From Octopus vulgaris (taxonomy: Eukaryota): a stretch of 64,000 bases of DNA. The stretch covers positions 39,742,001 through 39,806,000 of the forward strand of contig OX597828.1 in the NCBI GenBank assembly GCA_951406725.2, read 5' to 3'. The first letter of the stretch is position 1; each line of letters begins with the position of its first letter. Below, in pieces: positions 12,300-25,794 of the stretch. The position numbers and the translations under genes are program-made. The notes under the pieces were generated by a model that did no database searches, was not told the origin of the DNA, and saw nothing but the letters and a program-made list of their open reading frames with translations.

Positions 12300-13480
12300 G
12301 TTCGTGGGTGATTTTTACCAGCAGATTTCGGGAGTGGCCATGGGAACGAGAATGGGCCCCAACTATGTGAATCTGTTCGTTGGCTACGTTGAGGTCCAAA
12401 TATTCTCAAGTTTCACTGGTCCTACTCTCGACGACTGTATCGATGTGACCTCACTCTCCTACGAACATCTAGACTCTTTCATCTCTTTTGAGAAATCTTT
12501 CCATCCTGCCCCCCACTTCTGCACTATCTCTTACATCTCTGTTTCCTTTCTTGACATTTCAGGCAGCATTTATCACTCCACTCTCACCACCTCCATCCAC
12601 TACAAACACACAGACTCACACTCATACCCCAACTTCTCTTCCTCCCAACCTAAACACACCAAACTTTCCACCCCTTATTCCCAATTCCTCCATCTACGTA
12701 GGCTCTGTAGTGATGATCATGACTTTGAGACTCAGTCTCAACTCATGGCTTGCCACTTCATCCTACGTGGATATCCCCTCACCACTATTCACACCGCCCT
12801 TGCCAGAGCAAGTTCCATGGACCATGCATCTGCACTCTCCCACCGAACCCGCCCCGCCATCTCCTGCCTCGCATTTCCAGTCACCTACCACTCCACCACC
12901 CTACCTCTCCAACGCACCATTCTCCGAGCTTTCTGGCGACTCCAGTCTGACCCCTCGACTTAGCACATCTTCTCTAACCGACCCCTCCCCTCCTTCAAAC
13001 GAGCCACAACCTATGAGAACTCTTGGTCCACAGCTTCTTCCCTAACCCAACCTCCCAACCCAGCTCGTTCACCTGCTCTCGCCCACGCTGCCGCACTTGC
13101 CCTTACCTCTCCAACACCACCCTCCTCACTGGCACCCATCATTGACCCTATCACATCACCGACTCCTTCACCTGCACTTCTACCAATATCATCTACTGCA
13201 TCCCCTGCTCTCTCTACCATTCTCTATACATTGGGCAAACGGGACGCCGCTTGGCTGACTGGTTCGTGGCACACCTCCGAGACACCCGACTCAGCAATGA
13301 CACCACGGTCTCACATCATTTCCGCTCTGCTGGTCATTCTTTGCAACACCTGTCCATATTCAGACTGCCCTTGTATAGGGGCCATCCAGACTCCCACTTG
13401 AGCCGTGAACAGGGATTAATCTTCTCTCTTCACTCCTTTACGCCACATGGGCTCAACTCTCCTCCCTTCTTCATCTAACC
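12300..13480 (+). mobile_element. Penelope-like retroelement fragment (RT plus GIY-YIG endonuclease)
   Basis: YQQISGVAMGTRMGPNYVNLFVG and SFLDI motifs. Downstream CRTC...FTCTSTNIIYCI..C..LYIGQTGRRLAD; frameshifted. Confidence 0.88.
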
Positions 13481-13739
13481 TCCCCTCGTCTCTCTCCCCC
13501 TCACAGCTACATCCTCCCACCCACCTCTCCTCTCTTACACCAACTCCTACTTCTCTTCACTCCTACTCTCCTTCTTTCTTCTCTTCACTCCTACCCACCT
13601 TGTCCTTTCTCCCTTCATCGTCACCCCTCCCTCGTAAGCCCACCCCACTCCTAAACATTTCAACCCCCACCTTTCCGATCCTTCCCCATCCCATGCCATC
13701 CACACCTACATACCCAACATTTACCCCCACCCTCCTGGA

Positions 13740-14305
13740 GTTGGGCAGGAAAAGAGAGAAAAATAAATGAGTAAATCAGAAATGCTCAGAGGAGATGGTA
13801 TGAGCCTAACTTGCTCAAAGAAGCAAGAATCATTTTAGTAGCAAAAGGAAAAGCTGACGAATATAACTCAGCATGTCTTTGCTTCAGAGGCTGGAGTCTG
13901 CTTGTGAGTTGGGTGACCTTTTTGTGGACAATGTTTAGGATGTCTATATATGTGTGTGTGTAGTAGTACCAGCACCATATTTGATATGTGAGCAATAATC
14001 TATAATGGATCTCAGTGAGAATATTTGGGCATTATTAAGATCTGATAAAATAAATATTCTAATACATTAGAGTTTTGTGTCTCATCAGCTAAATATGAAC
14101 AGTAATGGTCTGTGGGCACACCATATTTCATTATGCAACCATAATATACTACAAAGTATATTAAACATTTTGATAAGTCAATGCTGTGTTCTACTGTGTT
14201 AGCAGTGCTACTACATCACTTAAGGTTATCTCCACAGATTTTCTGTAGAAAATATAGCCAGCACTGATTTTGCTATAACATTTCATATCCCACATGCCTC
14301 ATGTG
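13740..14305 (+). repeat. ~560-bp segment duplicated at ~33929-34484
   Basis: Near-identical ORFs 13786-13995 and 33816-34169. Confidence 0.85.
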
Positions 14306-14349
14306 GGATATGAATAAAATATAAGAGTGGTTACACATTCAAAGTAAAT

Positions 14350-14640
14350 GCAGACATGAATTGCAAGACACAGAACATAATATACAGCATAACCTGTGCC
14401 ACATGCAAGGAGAATTATATATGCAAAACTGGAAATTCTTTATGCCAATGAGCCAGAATTCACCAGCAACATGTCCAACAGGAGGAACTGCGAAAGATTC
14501 CACTGAGTAAACACTTAGAAACATGTGGAGAAGGAAAATTCAAGATATTTCCCTTTTATAAATGCCCAAGGAATGACACCTTCTTCAGAAAAAATATGGA
14601 ACAATACTTCATAACAAAGTTCCCTCCAAACTGAATGGCT
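14350..14640 (+). mobile_element. Penelope GIY-YIG endonuclease remnant
   Basis: DMNCKTQNIIYSITCATCKENYICKTG. Confidence 0.65.
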
Positions 14641-14843
14641 GAAAATATGAAAAGCACAGCAACTTCCCTATAAACCTATCTAGAACTTTAGCTTAGTCTG
14701 TATAATAATGTCCTCACAATGTACAAGAAATTGTATGCATAACTGTTTCATTGAGCTCCTTCAAAAGACACTTTCCCTTGTACATCATTGCCCATCCTAA
14801 TATCTTCATTTTTGTAAAGAATTGTTCCTTATCTTTATTCATC

Positions 14844-14951
<108 letters not shown>

Positions 14952-15000
14952 ATATGAATAAATAAATGGAGTTTAACGCAGTGTAAATCAAATATTTTTA

Positions 15001-15084
15001 CTTTCGACACATGTTTCGAAAATTCCACTGATACTATTCAAAAGAATAAATGGTATAAACAATGCAATCTTCTCTTCGGGAAAG
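15001..15084 (-). ncRNA. Type I hammerhead motif with a U4C variant
   Basis: CUUUC-CCGAAGA-GAAGAUU..AAUUUUC-GAAAC-AUGU-GUC|GAAAG. Confidence 0.6.
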
Positions 15085-15339
15085 TGAAAAAAAACGAAAC
15101 TCGTCAATACGACATTTTAGCAAAAAATGATGGATTTGTTTAGCGATTGACAGAACGCTATTAATATTGTTTAAAAAAACGTTATATGATATAACGTCAT
15201 AAGTAGCTAACAGAAAGAGTATGGATACCAATAGTGAATGTTAAATATAAAGGAAATTAAAGTTTAAATTATATATAATTATAGAGATTACTTATATGCA
15301 CTAAATGTGTGTTTTTGCCAATGCTTACATCTGTATGCT

Positions 15340-15855
15340 CGCTCTATAACCGTGTTTACTAGAGTATTTTTAGAAAAAATATCGTAAACCGTTGACCAAT
15401 TTTAAGTACATTAGCAAATTTAGTAATCATCCTAGAGCAATTACTAAGAACTTAATTAAGAATATTTCATTCAGGTTATCTAAATTACCCAAGATTGAAG
15501 CAATTTGAAGATGATCTCTGGTCCATTGTGAGAAATGTAAATTTTCAACGATCACCACTAAGAAATAAACATCTGGGGTATCTTCGCAACATCACCAAAG
15601 AAATCAATTCTATGGATACTATGTTGGATAAGACTGGAAATCTGTACAAACTTGATAAAGACTATTATTTGGAATTACTTAAAAAAGAAATTCAGAAAAA
15701 GTATAAAATTGCTGATAAAAGAATACTTAAGAAAGCCAACATTGAGGCTATGAAAATCATGGAGAAATATAACCTACAAATGAAGACAGAACCACTTGAT
15801 CCTAAGCAACCTCTGTTAATTTTGAAGGATCACAAACAAAATGTTTTTACTAACC
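15340..15855 (+). mobile_element. Penelope-like RT N-terminal fragment
   Basis: DKTGNLYKL..Y..LL and LILKDHKQN motifs. Confidence 0.65.
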
Positions 15856-16903
15856 CTAAAAGTTTTGGGGAAAAAAACTCGGATCTTGTGAATTTTCCAA
15901 AAGTCCTGTCCCCACCCTCGCTGGTTTGCGCACATTTTTGTTTTCATATTCGTTTCATACACATCTTTTTACGCCGGTTGCACTTTTTTATTCTTCTTTG
16001 TTCGTTTCGTGGTAATATTGTAAACATTAACCAAAATATGCCTTTTTAGCTAAGGTACAATATTATAATTAAAACAAATTCAGACTTTAAATTTCGGAAC
16101 ATAAAACTTACCACATTATCTGGTGTATGGCCGCAGTTCAAATGGGTACAAAACCTAAAACGAATGTGTGTGTGTGGTTGGGCCTTTAATAGCCAGGGAT
16201 CAATTTAAGTTCAATCGCAGAAAGGAATTCAAATCGGCAATACACGCAGTCATATACATACAAACATACCCATACATACATACATACATACACATACACA
16301 ACCACATACCTATCAGCCACTCCCAAAAGCCAGTTTCGTTTAAAATTCTGACCACCATTCTTTATATATTTACACACAAACATACACATAACACATACAT
16401 TCAGTTTTTTGCTTTTATTCGTTGCTTTTTTTCTATTAGTCGTCTGTCACTATTCATATCTTTTTAGTTTTTGTTTTCAGTTTGAGCGTTTCACTCTAGC
16501 AACACCGGTTACACATGGTACCAGGATTTTGCTTGGTGTCGCCAAAGTGGAAAAGTGTTTTTTAAGTTTTTGAAAATTTCCAATATAAGGCTGGTATATT
16601 TTAAAAACTGATTGTCACAGAGATGTGAAAATAAGTAGAAGGGACTTTCGGCACCCCAGTAGTCTCCCCCTCCCCGCCCAAATCTTTTAACGCCCCCTAG
16701 CGCCCCTTTGCTCCAAAACCCAACCACGAGCTCCCAATGGACCCGCTGAAAACCTTTGGTCTAAATCAAGTGAAAAACCAAACAACAGAAATTACGTTAA
16801 AAATTGTTCCCCAGTGTAATCTCTGACATTCTATTTATAACTACCTCATTCAGAAAATGGAATAACTGTAACCTTATTATTTATTTAACTACTCTATCGT
16901 TTT

Positions 16904-18259
16904 AAAAGATAGCCTAGCCTACGCACGGGTAAGAGTGTGGTTGTTACTTTCTGTTGCTTCTTTCCTGTTTTTTTATCACCACATTCTCCCTCTTTGTTTC
17001 TCTCTCCTTTCTCTCTCACTTTCCCACTCTCTTACTCTTCCTTTCTCTCGGACTCTCCCTCGCTTTCTTTTACTCTTTATCTTTCTCTATGTATCTCTCT
17101 CCCATTTATAAACAACAAAAGATCTTGAGTAAGTTGAGAAATGAAATATTTTGGAAGATCATTCATAAATATCAGGCAGTGACAACGGAAAAGTCTGCTT
17201 CAAGGCAGACAGCAAAACACTAACATTTAAAGGGGACAGAAGAATTTGCGAGCTGAATAAAAATAATAAAATATTGGAAACCAAAGTTTGAAGGGATAGA
17301 ATCTGAGGATAGTAGAGTCACCATGGCTGGCATTTCTTAACGACGGACAGCAACGTAGTGGCAGTTTAACGGCTGGCGTAAAATTTTGAACTTGATGTAA
17401 AAGAAAATTCCTAAACACCAAGTTTTGAAGTGATTCTTTCTCACGACAGTAGACTCACCATGGCAAGCATTCAAAACTTCTTCATCATGGACGGCAACAC
17501 ATTGACGATTAAAAGGCTGGCGCAAATTTTTTAGCTTGATGTAACAGAATTCCTAAACACCGGCTCCTGTAAATTTGAATCCCCTTCCAGACCCATTTCG
17601 ACCCCTTTTCACATTTTGGTTAACATAACCCGATTTCATTCGGGTCTACTCGAGCCACATTTTATAAGATGAGGAATTTTTTCCTAGAGGTCACGCCTTT
17701 CAATTGAGGAAAAAAATAGATGCCATGCAAAATCGCCAGCACTTTTAACATAGGTGTGCATATTTTTAGCTCAACCGACCACATAATGCGCACACATTAT
17801 ATATATATATATATATATATACTTTATTTAAAAGCAGCAGAAATTCAACAAAATATTTGTTCTCATGATTGTGTGGTTCTTGTGGCGATAATAATTCTCT
17901 CTATGAATGCAGACAGACGTAGAGAGAGAGGATGTGGAAGAAAGAGTGAAGGCGGCGGGGGAAAGATAGTAGACACTGTCAAACGACGTTATAGAGAGAA
18001 CGTGAAAGGAAGGGAGGAAAGAGAGAGAAACGGAGGAAGACAGACACATAAAAGAATGGGAGAAGACTTGTCAAAGTGTGCGTTTTTTGCCCTAATAACC
18101 ACACCTTTTAAGATATGGATTTCTAACCTAGCCCACTCTCATCCTCACCTCATTCTACATGTCCCTGTTAAATTTGGAGTCAATGCAGTGCCCTTTAACC
18201 TGTTCAAATGCCAAAACGAGACAAACAAACTTTTTGCATTTCAGATTTATAGATATTGA
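16904..18259. mobile_element. ~1.35-kb insertion private to the copy B upstream region, with a ~130-bp internal tandem repeat and a Helitron-like end
   Basis: Absent at the matching sites of copy C (~57930) and copy A (~10800). Confidence 0.6.
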
Positions 18260-18478
18260 TGGAAACTTGAGAGACCTCGATACTATTTCTGACAGGTAAA
18301 AGATCTCTCGAACGTTTACTTTGGACTTTACTATATTTGATATTTGAATTTTATTAATTGATAGTATAAATTTTTCAATATACTTTTGCAGTTTACTGTA
18401 TTTTCTCGTATGTTAAATTTCCTCTCCTATCTCTAATCTCTATTTGCAGATTCTTTGACCTGCCACCGTCTATATCAG

Positions 18479-18587
18479 TATATAATATTATTTAGATAAC
18501 ATTAAGCAGTTCAGGTCACAACATTCTTTACTAAGTTGGAGGATTTAAAAAAAACTCGCTTTGCAAATATACTGTAATTTTAATTAC
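18479..18587 (+). promoter_or_regulatory. Putative TATA box, initiator and non-coding first exon of CYP copy B
   Basis: TATATAA at 18479, an Inr-like CAGTT ~28 nt downstream, and donor TAC|gtaagt at 18588. These are conserved in copies A and C. Confidence 0.55.
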
Positions 18588-19086
18588 GTAAGTTGAATCA
18601 CAATTAAATTACTATGAAAAAGAAAAAGAAAGGGGTGGGTTTTAAATGGCTGGGTGGAGTGACGGGTTGTACATCGCTTATCAAATTGCAAGTTTAGCTA
18701 CGCCCTTAAATTGTTACTGGTTTTTTAATTTAATTTTTAGTGAACGTCTGCAAAAATAACTCGCAATATCCATTATCGCTTTTTAACGTTCTGAATTCAA
18801 ATCAAGCCCTGTTTAACAGTAAATTTCCAGGTTCGATAAATTGAGATACCAGTCAAGTATTGAAGTCGTTTATATTACTTACCTCTTCTCCATAAAATCG
18901 CTAGCCTTCTGCTTAAATTAGAAATACTTCAGTAGCAATCTTTTTTTCTTTTTCATCCGATATTATTTTGACTTTTCTTTGATGTTAACTTTATTACAGC
19001 CGACATTAGTTATATTATGAAAACAGTTGTGTAGTTAGCTTTTCTATATTGATTTTGACAGTCGTTCATCAGCAAATTCTAAGACA

Positions 19087-19157
19087 ATGGATACCCTCAG
19101 CTTCTTTACTATACCGAATTGTGTTCTCCTCTCAATTGTTCTTCTGCTATTATATAT
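19087..19157 (+). CDS. CYP copy B coding exon 1 (membrane anchor MDTLSFFTIPNCVLLSIVLLLLY)
   Basis: ATG, hydrophobic run, 71 nt, donor AT|gtaagt. An upstream acceptor ttttgacag ends at 19061. Confidence 0.9.
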
Positions 19158-21473
19158 GTAAGTAAATTTATCAACTTTTTATACAGAAAAAAATTACACA
19201 AACTTCGAATTGTAAAATCTTTTACCAACTAAATTACTAAAATATTTATACTAACCTTATTACTAAAACATTTGTATTCTCATTACGACTAAAGTTTCTA
19301 TACTCACTATGACCATTTTTAAATATCAATTAATTGTTTATACTTATAAGCTAATTTAAAAGATAATTTATTAAAATGTTCTAAGAGTTAATTCTATGAG
19401 TTCACTTTTTCACACTTTTGTCCACCTCTTACTGCAATGCACGACAGAATACCGAGTTTACGGGCAAATTTCATTCCAAGATAAAAGACATTTCTCTCCA
19501 TTAGGTCTCTAACGCTATTAGTAAGGACATATCGTGGCACTCAAGAGTCTACGCTATCTGTGTTTATGACAGTACTGACTGCTTGGCACTCGTGTCAGTG
19601 GAATGTTAAAAGTGCATCTGAGCATGATCGTTGCCAGGGCCATGAATTTGCTCCTGTGTCAGTGATACGTGAAAAGCACCATTCGAGTGTGATCATTGCC
19701 AGTGTCACTCTACTGGCACATGAAAACAAAATTCGAGCATGGTCTTTGTCAGTGCCGCTGGACTGGCTCTTGTGTGGGTAGCACATAAAAACACCTTTTG
19801 AGCATGGTCGTTGCTAGAACCGCCTGACTGGCCCTCATGCTGCTGGCACGTAAAAGCACCCACTGCACTCTCAGAGTGGTTGGCGTTAGGAAGGGCATCC
19901 AGCTGTAGAAACTTTGTCAGATCAGATTGAGCCTGGTGTGGTCTCTGGCTCACCAGTCCTCAGTCAAACCGTCCAACCCATGCCAGCATGGAAAGCGGAC
20001 GTTAAACGATGATGAGCCTTCTGAATATGCTAATCTTCTACTATATAATATGCATATCAAACATGCTGTTGAGCATAAAATACCCTGTCATGATACTACA
20101 CTAGTTTATAAACAGTTTTGTCTTGACTTTTGTGAGAGAAGTTACAAGCTAATTTTTTGCATTTCTTTAAACAATTTCATCCATTATAGGCCAGCACTGT
20201 ACCTATGTATTCATCTAACATCCATTTTAGCTACTGTCTAAACTCTTAAAGCAAGAATTAATGTATATGTCGAAATATATTCGAATTACTCAAAAAATAC
20301 CTGTTGTAGATGGTTGGAAATTATAAATCCAATGAAAGAAGTCTGTTTGAGAAATATTTCAGAACATTCTGGCAATCCTTGAAATCCGATGTACCACATG
20401 GCATTGAAACATAGGCTGTGGCCACTGACAACACGTGAAATGAATCCGGCATACTCTGCTGGATGGGTAATGTCAGTGTGCATGTATGATGGTGTAAGTG
20501 ATTGGAAAAAAAAGTTGGGTATATAAAACATTAGATGTAGTGAACGATAAGATTGTGCTGATATGGACATATGATGCATATGGACGAGGACAGCTGCATC
20601 AAGAATTGCTAATCTCTAATTGAGGAAGGAACATGTGGGATGAAATTTTGAGAAAGGATCTTCAGATGTTGGGCTTCACTGAAGGGACAACAAGGGACTG
20701 AGACATTAAGCAGTGTATTGTGCTAGGGAAGACGCATGAAGCTAAGTAAAATTGTGGCCATCCATACATACAGGCTTGTCCTTTACATCTGTCTCTCAGC
20801 TAAGAGATCCTACTCTAGCAGACTCGCAGGTGCTGGGGCTGCATAAAAGCACCCGTACTAGTGACACATAAGAGTGCCCATCCAAGTTCCACATATAAAC
20901 ACATGTGCCACTACTGCATAAATGTACATCCAAGCTGGTGCCATGTAAGAACATCCAAGCCGGTGCCATGTAAGAGCACTCGAGCCGGTGTCCTGTTAAA
21001 AGCACACGGTACACTCTGTAAAGCCATAGAAACCATGCCTAAAACAGACAAACAAGTTCAGGCAGCCCTCCAACTGGCAAGTGCTGTAGCTGGCCAGCTC
21101 CTGCTGAAACATCCAACCCATGCCAGCATGGAGAACAAACTTTAATTGGCAATAGTAATGATGATGACTTATCATTACTCAAATAATACTTTGAGATTTT
21201 TATGAACAGACCACTTTCTCACTGAAAGACAAAGGTAATAATGTCAGTAGATTTTGTAAATTCTACGTGCTCACTTCTAAAACAACACAATGGATAATTC
21301 TCATATTTCAACATTTCTCAAATCGAAAGCAGTGAGAGCATTTATATGATTGAATCTATTTTATATTCCATTATAAACTAGTTTAATTATTTTAGTTCGA
21401 GTATTTCTAAATTTTATAAACAGTATTTATCTACAATAATCTTAAATGCAATGTTTTTTCAATTACATATTAG

Positions 21474-21570
21474 ACTGGCAAAAAAACCATATGATTACTT
21501 CAAAAACATCAATATTCCTGGCCCTGAGCCATGGTTCTTTTTTGGAAATATGTTACAACTCATGAAGAAG
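21474..21570 (+). CDS. CYP copy B exon 2 (LAKKPYDYFKNINIPGPEPWFFFGNMLQLMKK)
   Basis: tag|...|gtaggt, proline hinge IPGP, phase 2 to 0. Confidence 0.93.
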
Positions 21571-22374
21571 GTAGGTGGCATTGGAATTTTTCATACCCTA
21601 TGTGTACCTTGTTTGATTGACTTAGATAGCTGAATGACATAAAAGTTATCATGTATACTTGCATATAGGTTGCACTATTTTTACCAAAAATTTTGATAAA
21701 ATCAGGGCTGCAACTTATCTGAAGTAGATGGCAGTGTATCAATGGTGAAGTAGATCTATCAATCAGACTACCTTCATAAAGTCACTTCCACAAAATGTTT
21801 TAATATTTATAAGCAAAGTTTTGAAATAAAGATGTATATTTGATAATGTTTAAGAAATATTAGTTATATTTACGTTATAAAGGGGGCCATTGTAACTCCT
21901 CAGATTATAGTGTGACCTACTTTGACAACCCCAAACTAAGGGTGTGACCTATCTTCGAGTGTATACGGTAGTTAAAATTTTGCATTGTGATTGGTTTCTC
22001 AGCATTCTAAACATAATTGTTGTCGGTGTTGATTTGGCATTTATTAAAGTAGATATTTTTATTTATTTCTTGTTATTTTTATATAATCTTACTCTTTACT
22101 TTAAACAATAAGGTTTAATGATTGGTATTTTATCATTTTGATTCAGTAAAATCAGTACCAGTAATACACTGGAAACAATTCAATTTGACATTTTTCCTCA
22201 CTTATAGAACTCCATCATCCTACATAACAATTTGAAAAGAATTTTTTAAGCCCGTATCAATGATCCAGAAGGGAAATTACAAGTTTTCACCCTTGCAATC
22301 AATTCCATCCTTTCACACTTCTTATGCCCTCATTGAAAACAGGAAATTACAACCTCGCATTTCCTTTCTATTTC

Positions 22375-22815
22375 GCTCCATGTCTTAAGATTGGTTTCAA
22401 GTTTTGGCATAAAGCCAGTGTTTCAGTGTTCACCTGGTACTTATTTTATTGACCCTTAAAGGATGAAGGGCAAAATCAATCTCAGTAGAATTTGAACTCT
22501 GAACATAAAGACACATGAAATGTATTTTGCCTAGCATGGTAAGGTTTCTGCCAGCTTGCAGCCTTGATCCATGTCTTAATATTGATTTCAAATTTTGGTA
22601 CAAGGCCAGCAATTTCAGGGGAGGGGATGAATTGATTACATCAATCCCAGCATTGAACTTGTACTTATTTTATCGATCCCAAAAGGATGAAAGGCAAAAC
22701 CAACCTCATTGGAATTTGAAATTGGAACATGAAGACAGATGAAATGCCACTAAACATTTTGCCTGGCATGGTTATGATTCTGCCATGTCACTGCCTTGAT
22801 CCATGTTTTAATATT
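22375..22815 (+). repeat. Tandem copies of a ~200-bp dispersed SINE-like repeat (also at 24090-24238, 36090-36270, 38970-39120)
   Basis: Shared tttcaaattttggcacaaggccagc...tacttattttatcgaccc...ggaatttgaactcag module. Confidence 0.65.
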
Positions 22816-22889
22816 GAAAGCAATGGCTTCACTTCACACCCTGGGGATAAATATTATGGAAAATCAGTCTTTCTCATATTCTTAGAATA

Positions 22890-23455
22890 TCTCTCTATAT
22901 ATAAAACTGAGAATGTGTGTCTGTCTGTCTGTGTGTTTCCCTAAAACTTGAGAACTACACAACCAATTTCATTCAAATTTTACAGATGCCTTACTTAGGG
23001 TCCATGTAGTTTCATGGGCAAGAAAAATGTTCAACTTCTTACCTAGAGCGAGCCCATAGCCATATCATATCTTCTCCACTATTTCAGTATAACGTGTTAA
23101 AAGTGAAACAAAAACATTTCTCTATTTTATGTCAGATGCTTTCACTTTAACAATAAAAATAATAATAATAACAATTGAATTATATGTAGTAAGTAATAAT
23201 TAAAATCAAACTAAAGTATAATATTATCGTAACATAAAAAAAGTAAAAATAGCAATTGGTATAAAATCGCATCAATGACTTGAACTTGAATAAGTGGTTT
23301 CACAAGAATGGGAATAAATAAAAAAATAAAATTTAAGTGCAGAAATGGAATAGTCCAGATGGAGCTGTGCACGGCTTTTACATAAGATTATTTGCTAATT
23401 AGCTAGCATTAAGTATCTATATGAAGTTTGGCTGTATGTAATGTCTGTTTTCTCG
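22890..23455 (+). mobile_element. Non-autonomous Helitron 5' portion, same family as 30415
   Basis: Starts A|TCTCTCTATATATAAAACTGAG and is closely similar to 30415-31000. Confidence 0.75.
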
Positions 23456-24483
23456 AAAGATGCTTCAACTGAGTACCTGATGTATTGCTGTCAGAGTCAG
23501 ACGTTATTATTGTGTGAAAGAGTGAAAAAAAAAGTGAAAAATTGTAGAAAGAGATGGAACAGGATCGAATTGCACGAGTCTCTTGTCGCTGTGTGTCGTT
23601 ACTTTTTATAGAAGGAGCGTCGACCCTCGGTCATGGAGACTTACGCGGGGGTTGCTGCAACGAAGAGTGGCACATCGCTTGTATTGTATATTTCTGGTGC
23701 AAAAGTATAAATTAGAATTCAATGTGTACCAATGCACTAACAGTTACTGGTTAGATGTCAAATTCTCACATTTTAATAGTTTACATAATTTTTAGCATTT
23801 TCCTTATCAGCCACGGAAATTTCAAGGAAATTTCAAGGTCCCAATTTGCAATTATTTTGAGCTGTACACACTTTGTAATTTAGAAATGCACATATTTGAG
23901 CGCATGATATCCCATGAAGAAACTTACAAATGCTACAAAAAATAGTATTCTTTTATTCGTGTCAGTCATATGGCTGTGGTCATACTGGAGCATTTTCTTC
24001 TTTGTACTTTTTAAAATTTACCAACCAGTAGAAACTCTTCATTTTCTTGGTTTATATGTGAGTGTGTGTGTATGTGTGTGTGTATAATATTGATTTCAAA
24101 TTTTGGCCCAAAGCCAGTAATTTTGGGGAGGGATAAGTCGATTATTCTCCCCCACCCCACCCCCTGTGTTTGATTGGTACCTATTTTATCAACCCTAAAA
24201 GGGTGAAATGTAAAGTCAATGGTGGCAGAATTTGAGTGTACTCTTTTATTCCAGAGGTGTTCTCCACACACCCATTTTCTGCTGCTTAATCCCTCCCACT
24301 CCATTAATTTTTTTTCTTTACTTTGTTTCTTTATAATAATATTGTGATTGGATCTTTATGTAAATGAAACTAGATTTGCTTATTAATACAAAACTATTCA
24401 TAAAAATATTATCTTGGAGGAGTGAAAAAACAAGTATTTAAACCTTTCTATATTGAAATTGTAATTTAGTTATTCTTTTTTAG

Positions 24484-24536
24484 GGAATGGCAAAGTTTGA
24501 CAAAGAAATGAAACAGAAATATGGAAAAGTATTAGG
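24484..24536 (+). CDS. CYP copy B exon 3 (GMAKFDKEMKQKYGKVLG)
   Basis: 53 nt with AG/GT boundaries and the KYGK motif. Confidence 0.92.
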
Positions 24537-25697
24537 GTACGAACATTTTAAACAGTTTATATCTCATTCTGATGTGATGACTAAGTGTGTACATTTATTG
24601 TTTATTCCTCTTGAAGTGCAATTGGGGTCATGAAAATAGATATATATGAATTTTAGGATAGTTAAAATATGTTAGTGACACATTCCAACTTACAAAGGCA
24701 AATTCACTGCAGTTGCAATGGGGAAAAGATTCTCTCTTATGTTAAAAGTGTAAAAACCTTTTATCATAAGCGCATTTCTGGTTCTTTAGCCCTCCTCAAT
24801 AGGGAAATACTACAGAGACATAACCCTAGGCAAATTCAGAGCCATAGCTTTAACCAAAAAATGCAGTGAACATCAGTGACTGCCTTGCACGAGTGGATGG
24901 AATGAAAATAGCAGTATCAGCACGAGGCAGTGATTAGGAATAGATGAACCTTAATTTAGTTAAAATATTTTTGCCACATATTTCAGCTTCAAAAGGCAAA
25001 TTCACTGCAGTCACCATGGAGGAAAATAATTCTCTCTTATGATAAAAGGTGTAAAAACACCATATCAATTCAGTGCTTCCATCTAGCAGATTCCCACATG
25101 CACGCTTCTAGCTCTTTAGCCTTTCTCAGTGTGTGTGTGTGTATGTGTGTGTGTGTGTCAGTGTTAATGTGGCTGGTCACATCAACTGCAGTGCCTGATT
25201 TGGCTCCTTGTCCATAGCCTGGATACATATACATACTGGAATGCTTCCACACTCACAGGATCATAAACACATACACACCACATACATACACATGCATGTC
25301 CTTACATATTTGGTAACAGTGTCAGGGATTTATGACCATGTGTCCAGTGCAGTTGTATTGCCAGTGATATTTCTGTTTCTCTCATATTTTCTATTAATCA
25401 TTGATCGTTGTTGTTCCATTAGAAATGTAGCTTTATTTAATTTCATTTAATTTTCATCTTTAGTAAATATTTTCTTCTATTCTTTTATAGTTATTTCTTC
25501 TTAATTGTTTTATTTCCAACTTTAAATATGCTAACAGTCACTTTTTTTGATGCAGATAGTGTTGTGGACATTTTACTGTCCATCCTGTTGACACAAAAAC
25601 CAATCATGTTATAACTTCTGGAAGATATACAATGCAATTTTGTGAACAGATATGAAAATTTGAATTGTAATTTTCCTATATTTTCTTACTTTTACAG

Positions 25698-25794
25698 ATT
25701 TTACATTTGTAATCAACCTCATATACTCATCAGTGACCCAGAAATGGTTAAAGAAATTTGCGTCAAACAGTTTGCTGTATTTACAAACAGATAT
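25698..25794 (+). CDS. CYP copy B exon 4 (FYICNQPHILISDPEMVKEICVKQFAVFTNRY)
   Basis: tttacag|...|gtaagt, with DPEMVK and FTNR motifs. Confidence 0.93.
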
